Below are positions 12,001-24,000 of a stretch of DNA of 64,000 nt, one piece after another. The translations under genes and the position numbers were made by a program. The stretch is from assembly GCA_013239625.1 (NCBI GenBank), contig MU053588.1, positions 2,428,508 through 2,492,507 on the forward strand. The letters are read 5' to 3'. The notes below the pieces were generated by a model. That model made no database searches. It was not told the DNA's origin and saw only the letters and a program-made list of their open reading frames with translations. Within the stretch, counting starts at the first letter, position 1; the number at the start of each line of letters is the position of its first letter. The stretch is from Lama guanicoe (Eukaryota).

Positions 12001-15000
12001 AGAACTCTAAATTTGTCAAAAGGTTTGTAAATGGTCACATAATTTACAAAGAAAAACATAAGTTGTAAACTCTAATATTCTAGCAAGTGATAAAAACTAA
12101 TTCTCCTAACTTTTTGGCTAGAAATATTTTGAACTTACAGAAAAGTTGTAATAATGGAACAAGGAGTACACATGTTCTCTTAACCTATGCTCCCCAGTGT
12201 TAGCTTGTTACCATATTTAATGTCTCTCCTTCCATAATATTTTTTCTGTACCATTTAAGAGTAAGTTGCATACAATAGCCAAGACATGGGAGCAACCTAA
12301 ACGTCCCTTGACAAATGAATGGATAAAGAAGGTGTGAGACAGATACACACACACACACATATAAATGGACTACTCCTCAGCCATAAAAAAGACATATTGC
12401 CATTTGCAGCAAAATAGATGGACCTAGAGTTTATCATACTAAGTGAAGTCAGATAGAGGAAGACAAATATCATTTGATATCACTTATATGTGGGATCCCC
12501 AAAAATGTTACAAACAAACTTATTTACAAAACAAAAATAGACTCACAGACATGGAAACAAGCTTTTTAGTTACCAAAGGGGAAAGGGAGAGGGGAGGGAT
12601 AAATTAGGAGTTTGGGACTAACAGATACACACTACTATATATAAAATAGATAAACAACAAGAAAAAAAAGAGGAAGTTGCAGGCAGCTTACTCAACACTA
12701 AAACCTTCAGCGTGTACCTAAGAACAAGGACAGTCTCCTTCAGAACCACAGTACAATTTCTACTTGGGAAATTTAACATGGATATGATACTATTTATTAG
12801 CTAATCTGCAGTCCATAGTCCAATTTCCCCAGTTATCCCACTCATCCCCTTTATGGATGTTCATATCTCTACATATTTTTTTGATATATATACATATATA
12901 TTCAACTTCTATAGAGAGAATGTATATCTATATACTTATAATATCCAGGATCCAATTCAGGATCACACATTGCATTTATTAATATCTGTCAAATATATTC
13001 AGTCTCCTTTAACCTGGATCTCAATGGTAAATTCTTTGTAAATTTTAAGCAGTGTTCTCCAAAAATATAAAAACTAGAATCCGCCATAAAAAAATTAAAC
13101 TAAAAAAATTACATTTTGATTCGGCACACAATACACTTACATTTAAAAGACACAGTTTGAGAACTTACAAACTGTCTGCCTTTGACTGAGAATGTCAGAA
13201 TTTACCAGGTATTTTTCAGACTTTCATGATGGCAACCCAGAATAAGAAACACGTTTTACATAGTAACCTGTTCCACACACACACACACACACACACATTG
13301 ACACAAAAGCATTGTTTAACTATACTTACCCTTACTACATTCAGTTACTCGGATATTTTCTATTGTTTTCCATTTCATTCCTTAAAATGCCAGCCACAAC
13401 CCAGCAAGCTGACTTCACAACCCATTAACAGGTCTGGATACACAATTTGAAAAGTCTGGGAACCTCTCCCTGGGTTAGCGGATAATAAAGCGCTCGGTGA
13501 GCTTTGCCGGGATTTGTGGCCGACAGATTATTGCCCAAAGGACTCCTTAAACTGAAGTATGCTTTATAAACTGTAGCAAAACTTTGTGGTCGGTGCCATG
13601 CTGTGTACACTGCAGAGTCCCGCCCCCTCGGCAGCCGTCGCCCCCACCTATGGATCCCGTGGCCCCACCCCGGGCCCATCCTGTGAGCCTGTGCCCTGCC
13701 CTCCCCAGCGGGCAGCACCCACCTTTCTTTTTGTCCGGAGCCTCGCGCTCGGCCGGCCGCCCACCCCCAGACAGGCGGAAGGAGCCCTCGCGGGCGAAGC
13801 TGGTGCGGCTGGCGTCGAAGGCGGCGGTGACCCCGCATTCCTTCTCCCGCCGCTGTTTCCGCTCCAGGCAGGCGGCGAACGCGCAGCCCACGGCGTGGCT
13901 CAGCCTCTCGCCCTGGGGGAAGAGTTTGGGGCGGGCTTAGCGGCGCGGCGCTGTGCGGACTGGACGGCAAGGAGCCCTGGGTTCCAGCAGCTGGGTGCTG
14001 GGTGACCCCTGATGCGTCCCTTCACCTCTCTGGGCCTCAGGGCCCATCTGCACATCGTATATGTGGAAAATCATAAAGGATTTACAATTAGTGCAAATAA
14101 ATAAATTCAGCAAAGTTGCAGGGGGGAAAGTTTTGCAAATCACATAGCTGGTAAGAGTCTAGTATCCAGAATATATTGTGAGCTCTTACAACTTAACAAA
14201 AAGACAAACAACCCAAATAAAAATGAGTAAAGGATTTGAATAGATATTTCTCCAAAAAAGACACACAAATGGACAATAAGTACATGAAAATATGTTCCAC
14301 ATTGTTATCCATTAGGGAAATACACATCAAAACCATAATGAGATACCACTTCACACCTATAAGACGGTTATAAAAAATACATATATCGGCAAGGGTGTGG
14401 AGAAATTGAAACCCTCATACACTGCTAGTGGGAATGTAAAATGGGGCAGCCACCATGGAAAACAACTTGGCAATTACTCAAAAGATTAAACATAAATTTA
14501 CTACAGGAATGTAAATTAATTATATTATACTATGTAATATAATTTATACTATAAATACTATTATACTATAAATATAATATATTTTAATACTATATAATAT
14601 AAATACAAATTTACTATATTATATGATATTATTTAATAACAATTCCATTCCTGGGTATATACCCAGAAGAATTAAAAACAGGTATTCATCGGGGTAGGGT
14701 ATAGCTCAAGTGGTAGAGCGCATGCTTAGCATGTACAAGGTCCTGGGTTCAATCCCCAGTACTTTCATTGAAAAAACCAAATAAACAAACAGAATTACCT
14801 CCTGCCTTGCAAAAAAATTTTTTTTAATTAAAAAACAAACAAACAAACAAACAAACAGGTATTCAAACAAATACTTGCATACAAATATCCAGAGAAGCAC
14901 TATTCACAATAACCAAAAGGTAGAAACAACCCAAGGATCCCTCAGTGGATGAATAAAGTAAAATGTGGTCGATCCATAAAATGGACTTACTTGTTTAGAA

Positions 15001-18000
15001 AAAGGAACAAAGTACTGATCCATGCTACAACATGGATGAATCATAAAAACACTATGTTAAATGAAAGAAGGCAGTCCCCAAAGATCCCGTAGTGTATGAT
15101 TCAATTTGTATGAATTATCCAGAAAAGCTAACTCCATAGAGACAGAAATCAGATTAGCATTTGCCAAGGGCTGGGGTGGGGGTGGAGGACAGGGGCAGTG
15201 ACTACTACTTAAAGAGTATGAGGTCTCTTTTAGGAGTGATGTTTGGAACTAGATCGAGGTGATGGTTAAACAGCATTGTGAATGTCTACATGCCATTGAA
15301 TTGTACACTTTAACATGATTAATTTTACGTGAATTTCACACACACACACAAAAGTTAAACTTGGGGAATCCTGGGAATTCTACTGATTCATGCTTAAAAC
15401 CCAAAGCTCAGAAGTGGGAAGGAATTCAGCCACTGTCACACTCTACCCAGAGACAGCCCTGCTCTTTTCTTGCTTTGATTCTCACCTCCAGATACTTTTC
15501 AAAGGATAGCAACTGTTCCTATTTCCTAAACACTTATGACAGGATACTGTTAAGAGCTTTCTGTGTGTGACCGTAATGAATGCTTTCTTGTGAGCAGCCA
15601 CTGTTATTATCCCCATTTTATAGAGGAGGAAACTGAGTCCCCGCAAGAAGAAGCCATTTGTGCCTAAGGTCCCGCAGCCAGCTGATTTGATACCAAATCC
15701 ACACTAACCATGAGGCAGTGTATTTTCCAAAAATAGCCACAACAAATTTCTGGCCCCGCGTGGTCTTCCAGAATCTTGTCACTCCCCAATCAGAGGTGGA
15801 GTCTTTATTCTCTTCCCTTAGCCCTGGAAGACCTCTGTGACTGCCTGGACAGACAGAATACCCCAAAAGCAATGCTGAGCAGTTTCCAAGACCAAGTTGA
15901 GAAAGGCAACACAGCCTCCTGGCTTGGTCTGCTCTCCCCTGGTTTGAGGAAGTGGGGGGTTATCAACAAGTTTTGGGAGCTCAGGGCTACTTGGAGTTGG
16001 AATTTCTGAAAGTGAAGGAAAGGATGGGAAATCCTTGAGTGGAGACTGTTCAGGTTTGAGATGGACAGCTTCTGTTTCACTTAACCATTCCCCCTGCTTT
16101 TGATAACAGCACCCCAAATACCCTCTGGAGAACTCCTCTTCAACACTGGATAAATCAGTCTGGGTGCTCCATCCTCCTCAGCCAACGAGAAAACAGTGAC
16201 CCAAGCTAGGTGAATCCCATACCCTCTCTTTAGAATTTGAACCCCGAGCGTTGAGAGGTGGATTCATCTTTGCAGTGGTGCCTTAAAGGAACTGTCCCCT
16301 GGTAGAGCCTGAGGGAGTCCACCGGGGGCAGGAAACTCTAGAATTTGACCCAGCCTGCCCGGCTCTCTGCTCTTTCTGATGCTTAATAAAGACTATATTT
16401 TCCACCTGTTGCAGCCAGGGATGCCCATGTAACTAGGTTCTGGCCAACAGTATGTAACTGGAAGTGGGTACACACCTCCCAAAAAAGCAGAGGGTGTGCC
16501 CCTCTTCTTGCAGCCCTCCTTTACATGGTTGGGATGAAGATGAGAAGGCTGGAGCATGTGCATTCATCTTGGACCATGGAGTGGAAGCCATACTCCAGCA
16601 TAGCAACAAGATAAAAGGAGAGAGGAGCCACACCAATGCTGCACTGCTTGCCTATGGATGTCTTTCACATGAAATGGAAACAAACTTCTATCTCACCAAA
16701 ATCACTGGTATCTGGGGATTTTCTGTCACACACCTCAGAATCCTAACTGTGAGAATGCTCCTCAGAAGACAGTCCATTTGTCACTTTCATCAGATTCTCA
16801 GAGGGGACCTTGACTCCCCTCCACAAATATAAAGAACCACAGGAAAAATGAATCGAAGCTGAAGGGAAGAGTGGGTATGGGGGTGGAGAGTATTGTTTCA
16901 GATGGGCCCAAACGGGCTGCCGAGGACAGGAAACCCTACCACTTGACCTGGGTGGGGTTCAAAAATAAGCAAAAATTCATGGAGCTGTTGCCCAGGCCAT
17001 CTGTGCATGTTAGTGTATGTATATGATCTTCAGTGAGAAAAGTTGAGAAACACGAAGAACTATTGATAGCAAGGAGGAGGAGGATAACTAATGTTTTCCT
17101 GAGTGTTTCCTAAGTGCCGGGCATTATTCCAAACATTCTGTATTAACTCCCTCAAGTTTCCCAATAATCCTGTAAGTTAGGGGCTGTGAGTACACCCCCT
17201 TTGCCAGATGAGGACATGGCACGGATAACGTGGACAGGTAAGGTGAGCGACTTGCCCAACTGCACACAGCCGGCTGGGGGTGGGGCTGGGATGCTGGGAC
17301 ATGGGAGAGAAGAGGCAGCAGGTTTTGGGGCTTTGGTGATACTCACGGAGTCCTTGAGCGCCAGGAAACAGTGGCAGATCCAGCGGCGGGTGGTCCCATC
17401 ACGGCAGATGTAGGAGAAAGCCTTGTCCAGGTTGCGGTCCGGAGCACAAAAGGAGACTTTTTCAATGGTCTGATCTACCAGCAGGTCCTGGGAGGGGCCG
17501 GGGAGGCCAAGAAAGGAACGTGAACTGTCTTTCATGCATTCATCCAACATTCCCTTAGTGTCTGCTCTATATCCTGTCCTGAGCAGGGTGGGGACCCTGC
17601 ACTTGTTGAAACAGCTGTGGGCCCTGCTCACATGGGGCTCCCAGTTTAGTGTGGGAATCAGACCCATCACCAGATGGAGACAGGCCAGAGTCACAGCCAG
17701 GCTGTAATGAGGGAGGCACAGGCTGAGGGGTCGGGGCTGGGATCGGGGGAGCACAGGGGCCTTCAGGAGCAAGAGGAGGTGACTGGCCCAGGCTGGGGGG
17801 AGTCAGGCAAAGCTTCCTGGAGGAGGTATTAACTAGGCAAAAAGGCAGGGAAAAGAATTTCAGGCTGGGGGGAACGCCTGTGCAAAGGCATCAATCCTGT
17901 TCAGTCATTAACCTATAATTGTCATCATGCACTGGCTGCCTCCCAGGGCAGTCTCTGGGCTAAGGGCAGGGGATTCGTTGGTGAGTAAACAGGTACCCAG

Positions 18001-21000
18001 ATCCTGGCCCGTGGTGCCCCCGTCTGGCCGGGTAGACTGACAATAAGGACATAATAGCTAAACTTTATTGATTGGAACACTTACACTGTACCAGGAATAG
18101 TTTTAAACTATTTGTATATACTTCCTCATTTAATGGTAGGGTCCACTTTTATCCGCATTTTACAGATGATGCAAGTGAGGCACGGAAGGGTTAAATCTCA
18201 TACCCCCTCATACCCGAGGTCACCAAGCTGGTAAGTGGGTGAGCTGGGATCTGAGCTGAGGTGGCTGCTCCAGTCTGTGCTCTCACCCACCATCCATGCC
18301 AGTTCACAAATAGCCACAGGACTCAATCCTGAATTATGACTGTGAGATGTGCCAAGAAGTTACCAGAGCACATGGCTTCGTCCAGAAGGTCCCCGAGGGA
18401 GGGACATCCTAGAGGTGGGTGGGAAGGCGTCCTTGACCCTAGTGAAGCTGGTTGAAGAGAGGCACCCACTGGTGCCCACTCCCAGACCCACGGGCCTCCT
18501 ACCTTGGTCTTGTCATCAACCACTCGGAGCCCATCGGCTGACACCCACAGGACGGACTTCACAGACTTCCGGCCCATCTGGATGGAGGAGGAGGACAGAG
18601 GGCATGGTCAGGGCTGCCTCTTCCAGTCTGACCATGCCCCTTCCCTGCTCCAGCCCCTCACTCACCGCCTTCAGCTTCTTCACAGCATCTTCACACACAT
18701 GCATCCCCCGAGACTCCTCTACCTCCACGTGGCCCAGGTACTTAGTGGGGAGGGGATGGGAGAAATAAGCACAGTAATTAATAATTCCTGGTGTTCACTG
18801 AGCCGCTGCGATGCATCACACAATGTCTTAAGCACATCATATGTATTGCCTCATTTACTCTGCACCTCAGCTCTACAAGGTGGGTACCTCATTCCTATCC
18901 CAGAAACACTGGGATAAGCACAGCATGTAGTAGTGATTCCCACCCTGCCTCTCTCCCTAGGCCTTCTTAACACGTCACTTGTGTCCTTCAGAGTGCCAGT
19001 GTCTGCATCTGCACCTGAAGACTGGCCCCATGCAATGACTGATGGGAGCTGGGATACATATGTCCCAGCTCCCTCACCCCATGGGTGGGAGGCTCTGTTT
19101 CCCAGAATTCTCTAGTGGCATCAAGCTCAGTTACCAACAACTATAGTTTAGTGAGACACCCTTTATTAGCTGCCTTCCCTTCTTCACTCTCACCAGCATT
19201 TCCTGTACTTCTCAGTGGACTCTTCACACTTAAGGTCCGCTTCTGGGGGAAGGGAAACTAAGGCGGGGCATCCTCTGTTGTCACCCAGCCAGGAAGGGAT
19301 GGAGTGGGGATTTGAACCTGAATCCTGCTGTCTTCCTTATAAAAATATAGTCTGTGTTGTGAAGGATCATGGTGGTCTAAACCAGAAAGCACTTAACAAC
19401 AGAGGGTTTTGCAAATGCTACATAATTTTTGTGACCTTCCAGTGCCCCCTGTAAATTGTGAGCTCCCGCATAACTGCGTGACTCCGGGAAGAACGCGCCC
19501 CGTCCCCCGCCAACCCCGCCCCAGATAATATTTTCCTGGTACCAGAGAATGTGCCCTGGTTTTTAACCCCAACTTTGAAGGACCCACGTCATGGGGTCCT
19601 GCTTCTGCAGGATCCACAATTCTATGAGGATGTGAAGTCTCTTCCACGTGCAACAAGGCCTCAGCCAACTCACCCGGCACAGACACGCATGCGCACAGCG
19701 AACCACGGGTACACAGCCGCGGCCCCGCCCACGCGAGCCCCGCCCACTCACCCTGACCTGGAAGCTGCACGTGCCCTTGCGCACCGCGTCCTCATCCGCC
19801 TGCCACTGGTGTGGGCGCGACGCCTCGGGCACATACGCTGGCTTCCGCCTCCGCAGGCTCTGCCGTAGCTTGTTCATAGTGCCCACCCCGTCTGCTGACA
19901 AAGGATAGGGGTGAGAGTCAAGGCAAAGGTGAGTCATGGGGCTCAAGGTGGGGGGACACAGTGCTCAGGGAGCATGGGGTCAGATAACATGAGAGTTGGG
20001 TAAGAGGGTTAGGGGATCACTGGGTCAGAGGACGTGACATTCAGGGGACCAAGAGCAGTCAGTAGACACCAGGAAAGGGGACGTTAAGGCAGGGGAGTGG
20101 GAGAATCAGCAGTGGGGATTCAGAAGACGTGGGACTAAGGGGAAAGGAGGTCTGGGGTGGAGGGGCCGTGAGTCACAGCTTTGAGGGGTCTGGAGATTGG
20201 GGATGTGACAGGCAAGAGGCATGAGGATCCAAACTAACAGGAAGTTAAGGCAGTAGAGGGCACGGGGGTTAGAGGGCATATAAGTCAGAGGTCATGAAGT
20301 CAGGGGTTTTAGGGGTTTGGGGTCAGGGGATGAGGTAGTCAGAGGGCACAAGTGTTGGGAGTTGCATGGGTCCCACGTGGGGGGACCCAAGTCCAGGGAC
20401 TGAGGTCCAGAGCCCAGGCCAGAGGGTATCAGGGCCAGGAGCTGGTCTCTGGAACCCTGAGCTTCCTCCCCTCTGAAAACTGTGTCAACCCTAAGGCACC
20501 CGGGGTGGAGGTGCACCTGCAATGTCAGAGGTAGCAGTGATGGTGGAGGTGGCCAGCCACTGAGACAGTCTTCCCTGACGAAGAGTGTCTTCGCTGACTG
20601 ATAAGCCATCCTGACAGTCCTAGGAAGCTGAGGGGAAACCTCAGAGCACCAACAGGAGATGGGGACTTCGTGCATGTGCAAGCAAGTGTGCAGTAGGTGT
20701 GTTCCCGGGTGTCTAGATCTGAGCACGCAGCTCTTGTCTGTGAGCGTGTGTATATCTGAAGGCTGTACAGAAGGACGCAGGTCTGAGAATGGCTGTTGAT
20801 GAGTGTGTCTGTGAACTGCTGCCCATGGCGGGGGGAGGGGGTCTGTGTCCAAGAACGTGGTTGTTGTCTGTGAGTATAGGACCTTGAGGCTTGTTGCTGT
20901 AGAGTATCTATGTGTGAGAGTGGCGGTGAGTATGAATGTTGTGTGAATGTGGGGATGGATCTCTGTTTGAGCATGAAGCTGTTGTAAGCTGTTGTTTTTG

Positions 21001-24000
21001 AAAGTGTGTCTGTAACTGTTGTCTTTGAAGCTGTGTGTCCATGTGAGGGTGTGGCAATTGTCTTTGATGACTGTTGCCCATGACAGTGTGTGTCTGTGAG
21101 AGTTACCCAGAGCACCGTGTCTGTTCAGGAGTGTGGTTGTTGTTGGTGAGGCTGTGTGTCTGTGGCTGTTGGTTGTGAGGGTGTGTCCGAGTCAGATCAT
21201 GTGGCTGTTGTTGCAGAGTATGGTTCCATGAGTGTGGTTCTGTGGGTGGGGCTGTATGCATCCCTGTGTCTGTGAGGGTGTGTAAGACTGTGAGCTTATT
21301 GTCTTCGAGAGTGTGTTCATGTTACTTTTGAGGGGGTGATTATGTGAGAATGTGGCTGTGGTCTGAGAGTGCTGAGTATTATTTGTTTTTTTTTTGTTTT
21401 TTTATAGAAATATAGTCAGTTTACAATGGTGTGTCAGTTTCTGGTGGACAGCATAACAGTTCAGTCATACACATACATACATATTTTTTTCACATTCATT
21501 TTCATTATAGGTTGCCACAAGATATTGAACATAGTTCCCTGTGCTGTACAGTATAAATTTGTTGTTTATCTATTTTATATATAGTAGTTAGTATCTGCCA
21601 ATCTCAAACTCCCAATTTATCCCTTCCCACCCCCTTCCGCAGCTAGTAACCATAAGTTTGTTTTCTGTGTCTGTGAGCTGTCTCTGTTTTGTAAATCAGT
21701 TCATTTGTCTTTTTTTTTTTAGATTCCACATATGAATGATATCATATGGTACTTTTCTTTCTCATTCTGGCTTACTTCACTTAGAATGACATTCTCCAGG
21801 TCCATCCATGTTGCTGCAGATGGCATTATTTTATTATTTTTATGGCTGAGTAGTATTCCATTGAGTTTGTGAGACTGTGTCTCTGTGCAAAAGTGTAGCC
21901 GTTTGTGAAGGCAGGAGCACACGTGTGCTGTCTGGGAGGCTGTGTCCGCTGGTGAAAGTGTGGCTGTTGTCTGTAAAGTGTGGGTCAGTGCGTGTTGTCA
22001 GGAAATCTGTGTGAGAGTGCTCCCTTGAAACTCACTGAGTCTGTATCTGGTGAGTGTCTGTGGTCTCCTGTGAGGGAGTCTGGGTGTTGTCTAGGATTGT
22101 GTCTGTATATTTGTGTGACCCTGCACCTGTGGGTGTGGGGATATTGGTGTGTGTCTGAGTGTCCAAGTGTGAGTGTGTCTATGAATGCAGTCAGCAAGTG
22201 TGCAGGGAAGACATTTGAGGGTGTCCACTCACGAATGTGATTAAACCTGTGTGACTGCAGGGACAATTCCTCTGACAGCGCTAGGCAGACCCACCCACTC
22301 ACTCAGCCCTTGCCCTGTTCCCAGCTGGCCACTCACCTGGCTCCGTCCTGGAGGTTTCAGGGGGCCCCAGGGCCCCGAAGGGGGCAGGGGGCAGATGCTG
22401 CTCAGGCCTCCTGGGTCCGCCCTGCCCAAAGGAGGGAGGAAAAGTTGAGAAGCTGGCCTGGGGTGGGGCTCAGTCCCCAACCTCACCCAGTCTTTGGACA
22501 TCAGCCAACCCCCCTCCATCTCAGGATACCCTACGAGAGCCCTGGTTGTCATAGTAACTACTACTATGGTGATCAGCCATCTGGCTGCAATGAGTAGATG
22601 TGTTTTGGGGGCATGTGTTGGGGATGTCCTGGCCTCAGGAGGCCCTCAGTACCCAAGGGGCTGGTGTGACAGGGAGTGGCCTTGCCCGCTAGACACATGT
22701 CCAGGGCTGTACACACACATACAGTCACGTGTATCCAGGCAACTCCTAGTTCCACTTGTCCCCAGCCCCTGTACATTTAGTTACACACAGACACAACCAC
22801 AGCTACACACATCGGATCACACAGCTATGCATCAACAGTCACAGCCACTATAAATATATGACCACATACCTATGCTTGCAAACACATAGTCTCTACTACA
22901 GATGTCTGTCCATGGGCATTTAGATTCCCAGCCTGCCTTGGTGTTGCCACAGACATCTGGGCATATCAGCCACTGATATCTGGTCACTTCTGTTTTCTCT
23001 GCCATGTACAAAGAGCTGGATCCAGGCACACCCAGTGGGGCAGCCCACGTACAACCACACCCAAGGACAGTTTTTTCCTCAGGTACCCACCCAAGATACT
23101 CATGTCACAGACTCACCCAAGGAGAAGCATACCCAGCCAGAGGTCACCTGTCAGCACCAAGTCACATACACTGGTCACACACAGCTCCCCTGCTGCCTGT
23201 GGACATCTGGTCATGGATGCATGCAGACATACTGACAAACACGTGGTTGCACCCAGCCACACCCAGCCCCAGCACATGTGTTTAATCATCAGCAGTCACA
23301 CAGCTGCCCAAGGACACTCAACCCCACTGGATCAGTCACGCCAGCACACCTTTTTGGTGACACACTGTCACAGTCACACATCCCAGTCACAGAGGCACAC
23401 ATTTGGTCACCGTCTCAGCCACACTTAGATGGACGGTCCTCCAGACTCTGTCCCACACAGAGACCCCAGTGGCCACGGCTCATGCATTAAAGAAATGCGC
23501 ATGCGCACTCAAGACATACAAACAACCATTCAGAGACAGCTGTCCCCAAGGACAGCCACCCTCAGACAACAGCCAGACAGTCAGTGGCTCAGAGTCATAG
23601 CTGTACACATTTCAGAAACAGTCACGTATGCAAAGTCACACAGCATCATTGTCCACAGTACCCAGCCAGATATCACGGTCATAGTGCATTTATCACAGTC
23701 ACCCAACATGCCGTCCCCAGCTGTACCATGTCATAGCATCACAGAGGAACACAGTCTCTCCTCCTGCAAACACGTAAGTCCCACAGACAGGTATGGGGCT
23801 CCATGTGGACCAACACACAAGATCTCACACAGCACATGATTTCCATTTCCCACACACAAGCGCACAGTCAGGTGTATGCTCTAAATGCAGTGACCCCGAC
23901 AGAGCACTTTTATAGCTGTGTTTACACAGAACAGGGTTCCAGATAGAGCCACGTATACAGTCAGGAAACAGTCACTCTGTCACTAAATCACGCAGATTCA

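Noticed and set aside
13945..14005. Partial REST/NRSE-like motif near NUMBL exon 7
   Set aside because: Only the GGCGCTGT half matches; spacing and second half do not fit the consensus
19758..19760. NUMBL PTB-edge residue Gln (SFQVR) where I recall Pro in human
   Set aside because: Single substitution at a position that appears to vary among Numb homologs; no basis for a functional claim without an alignment
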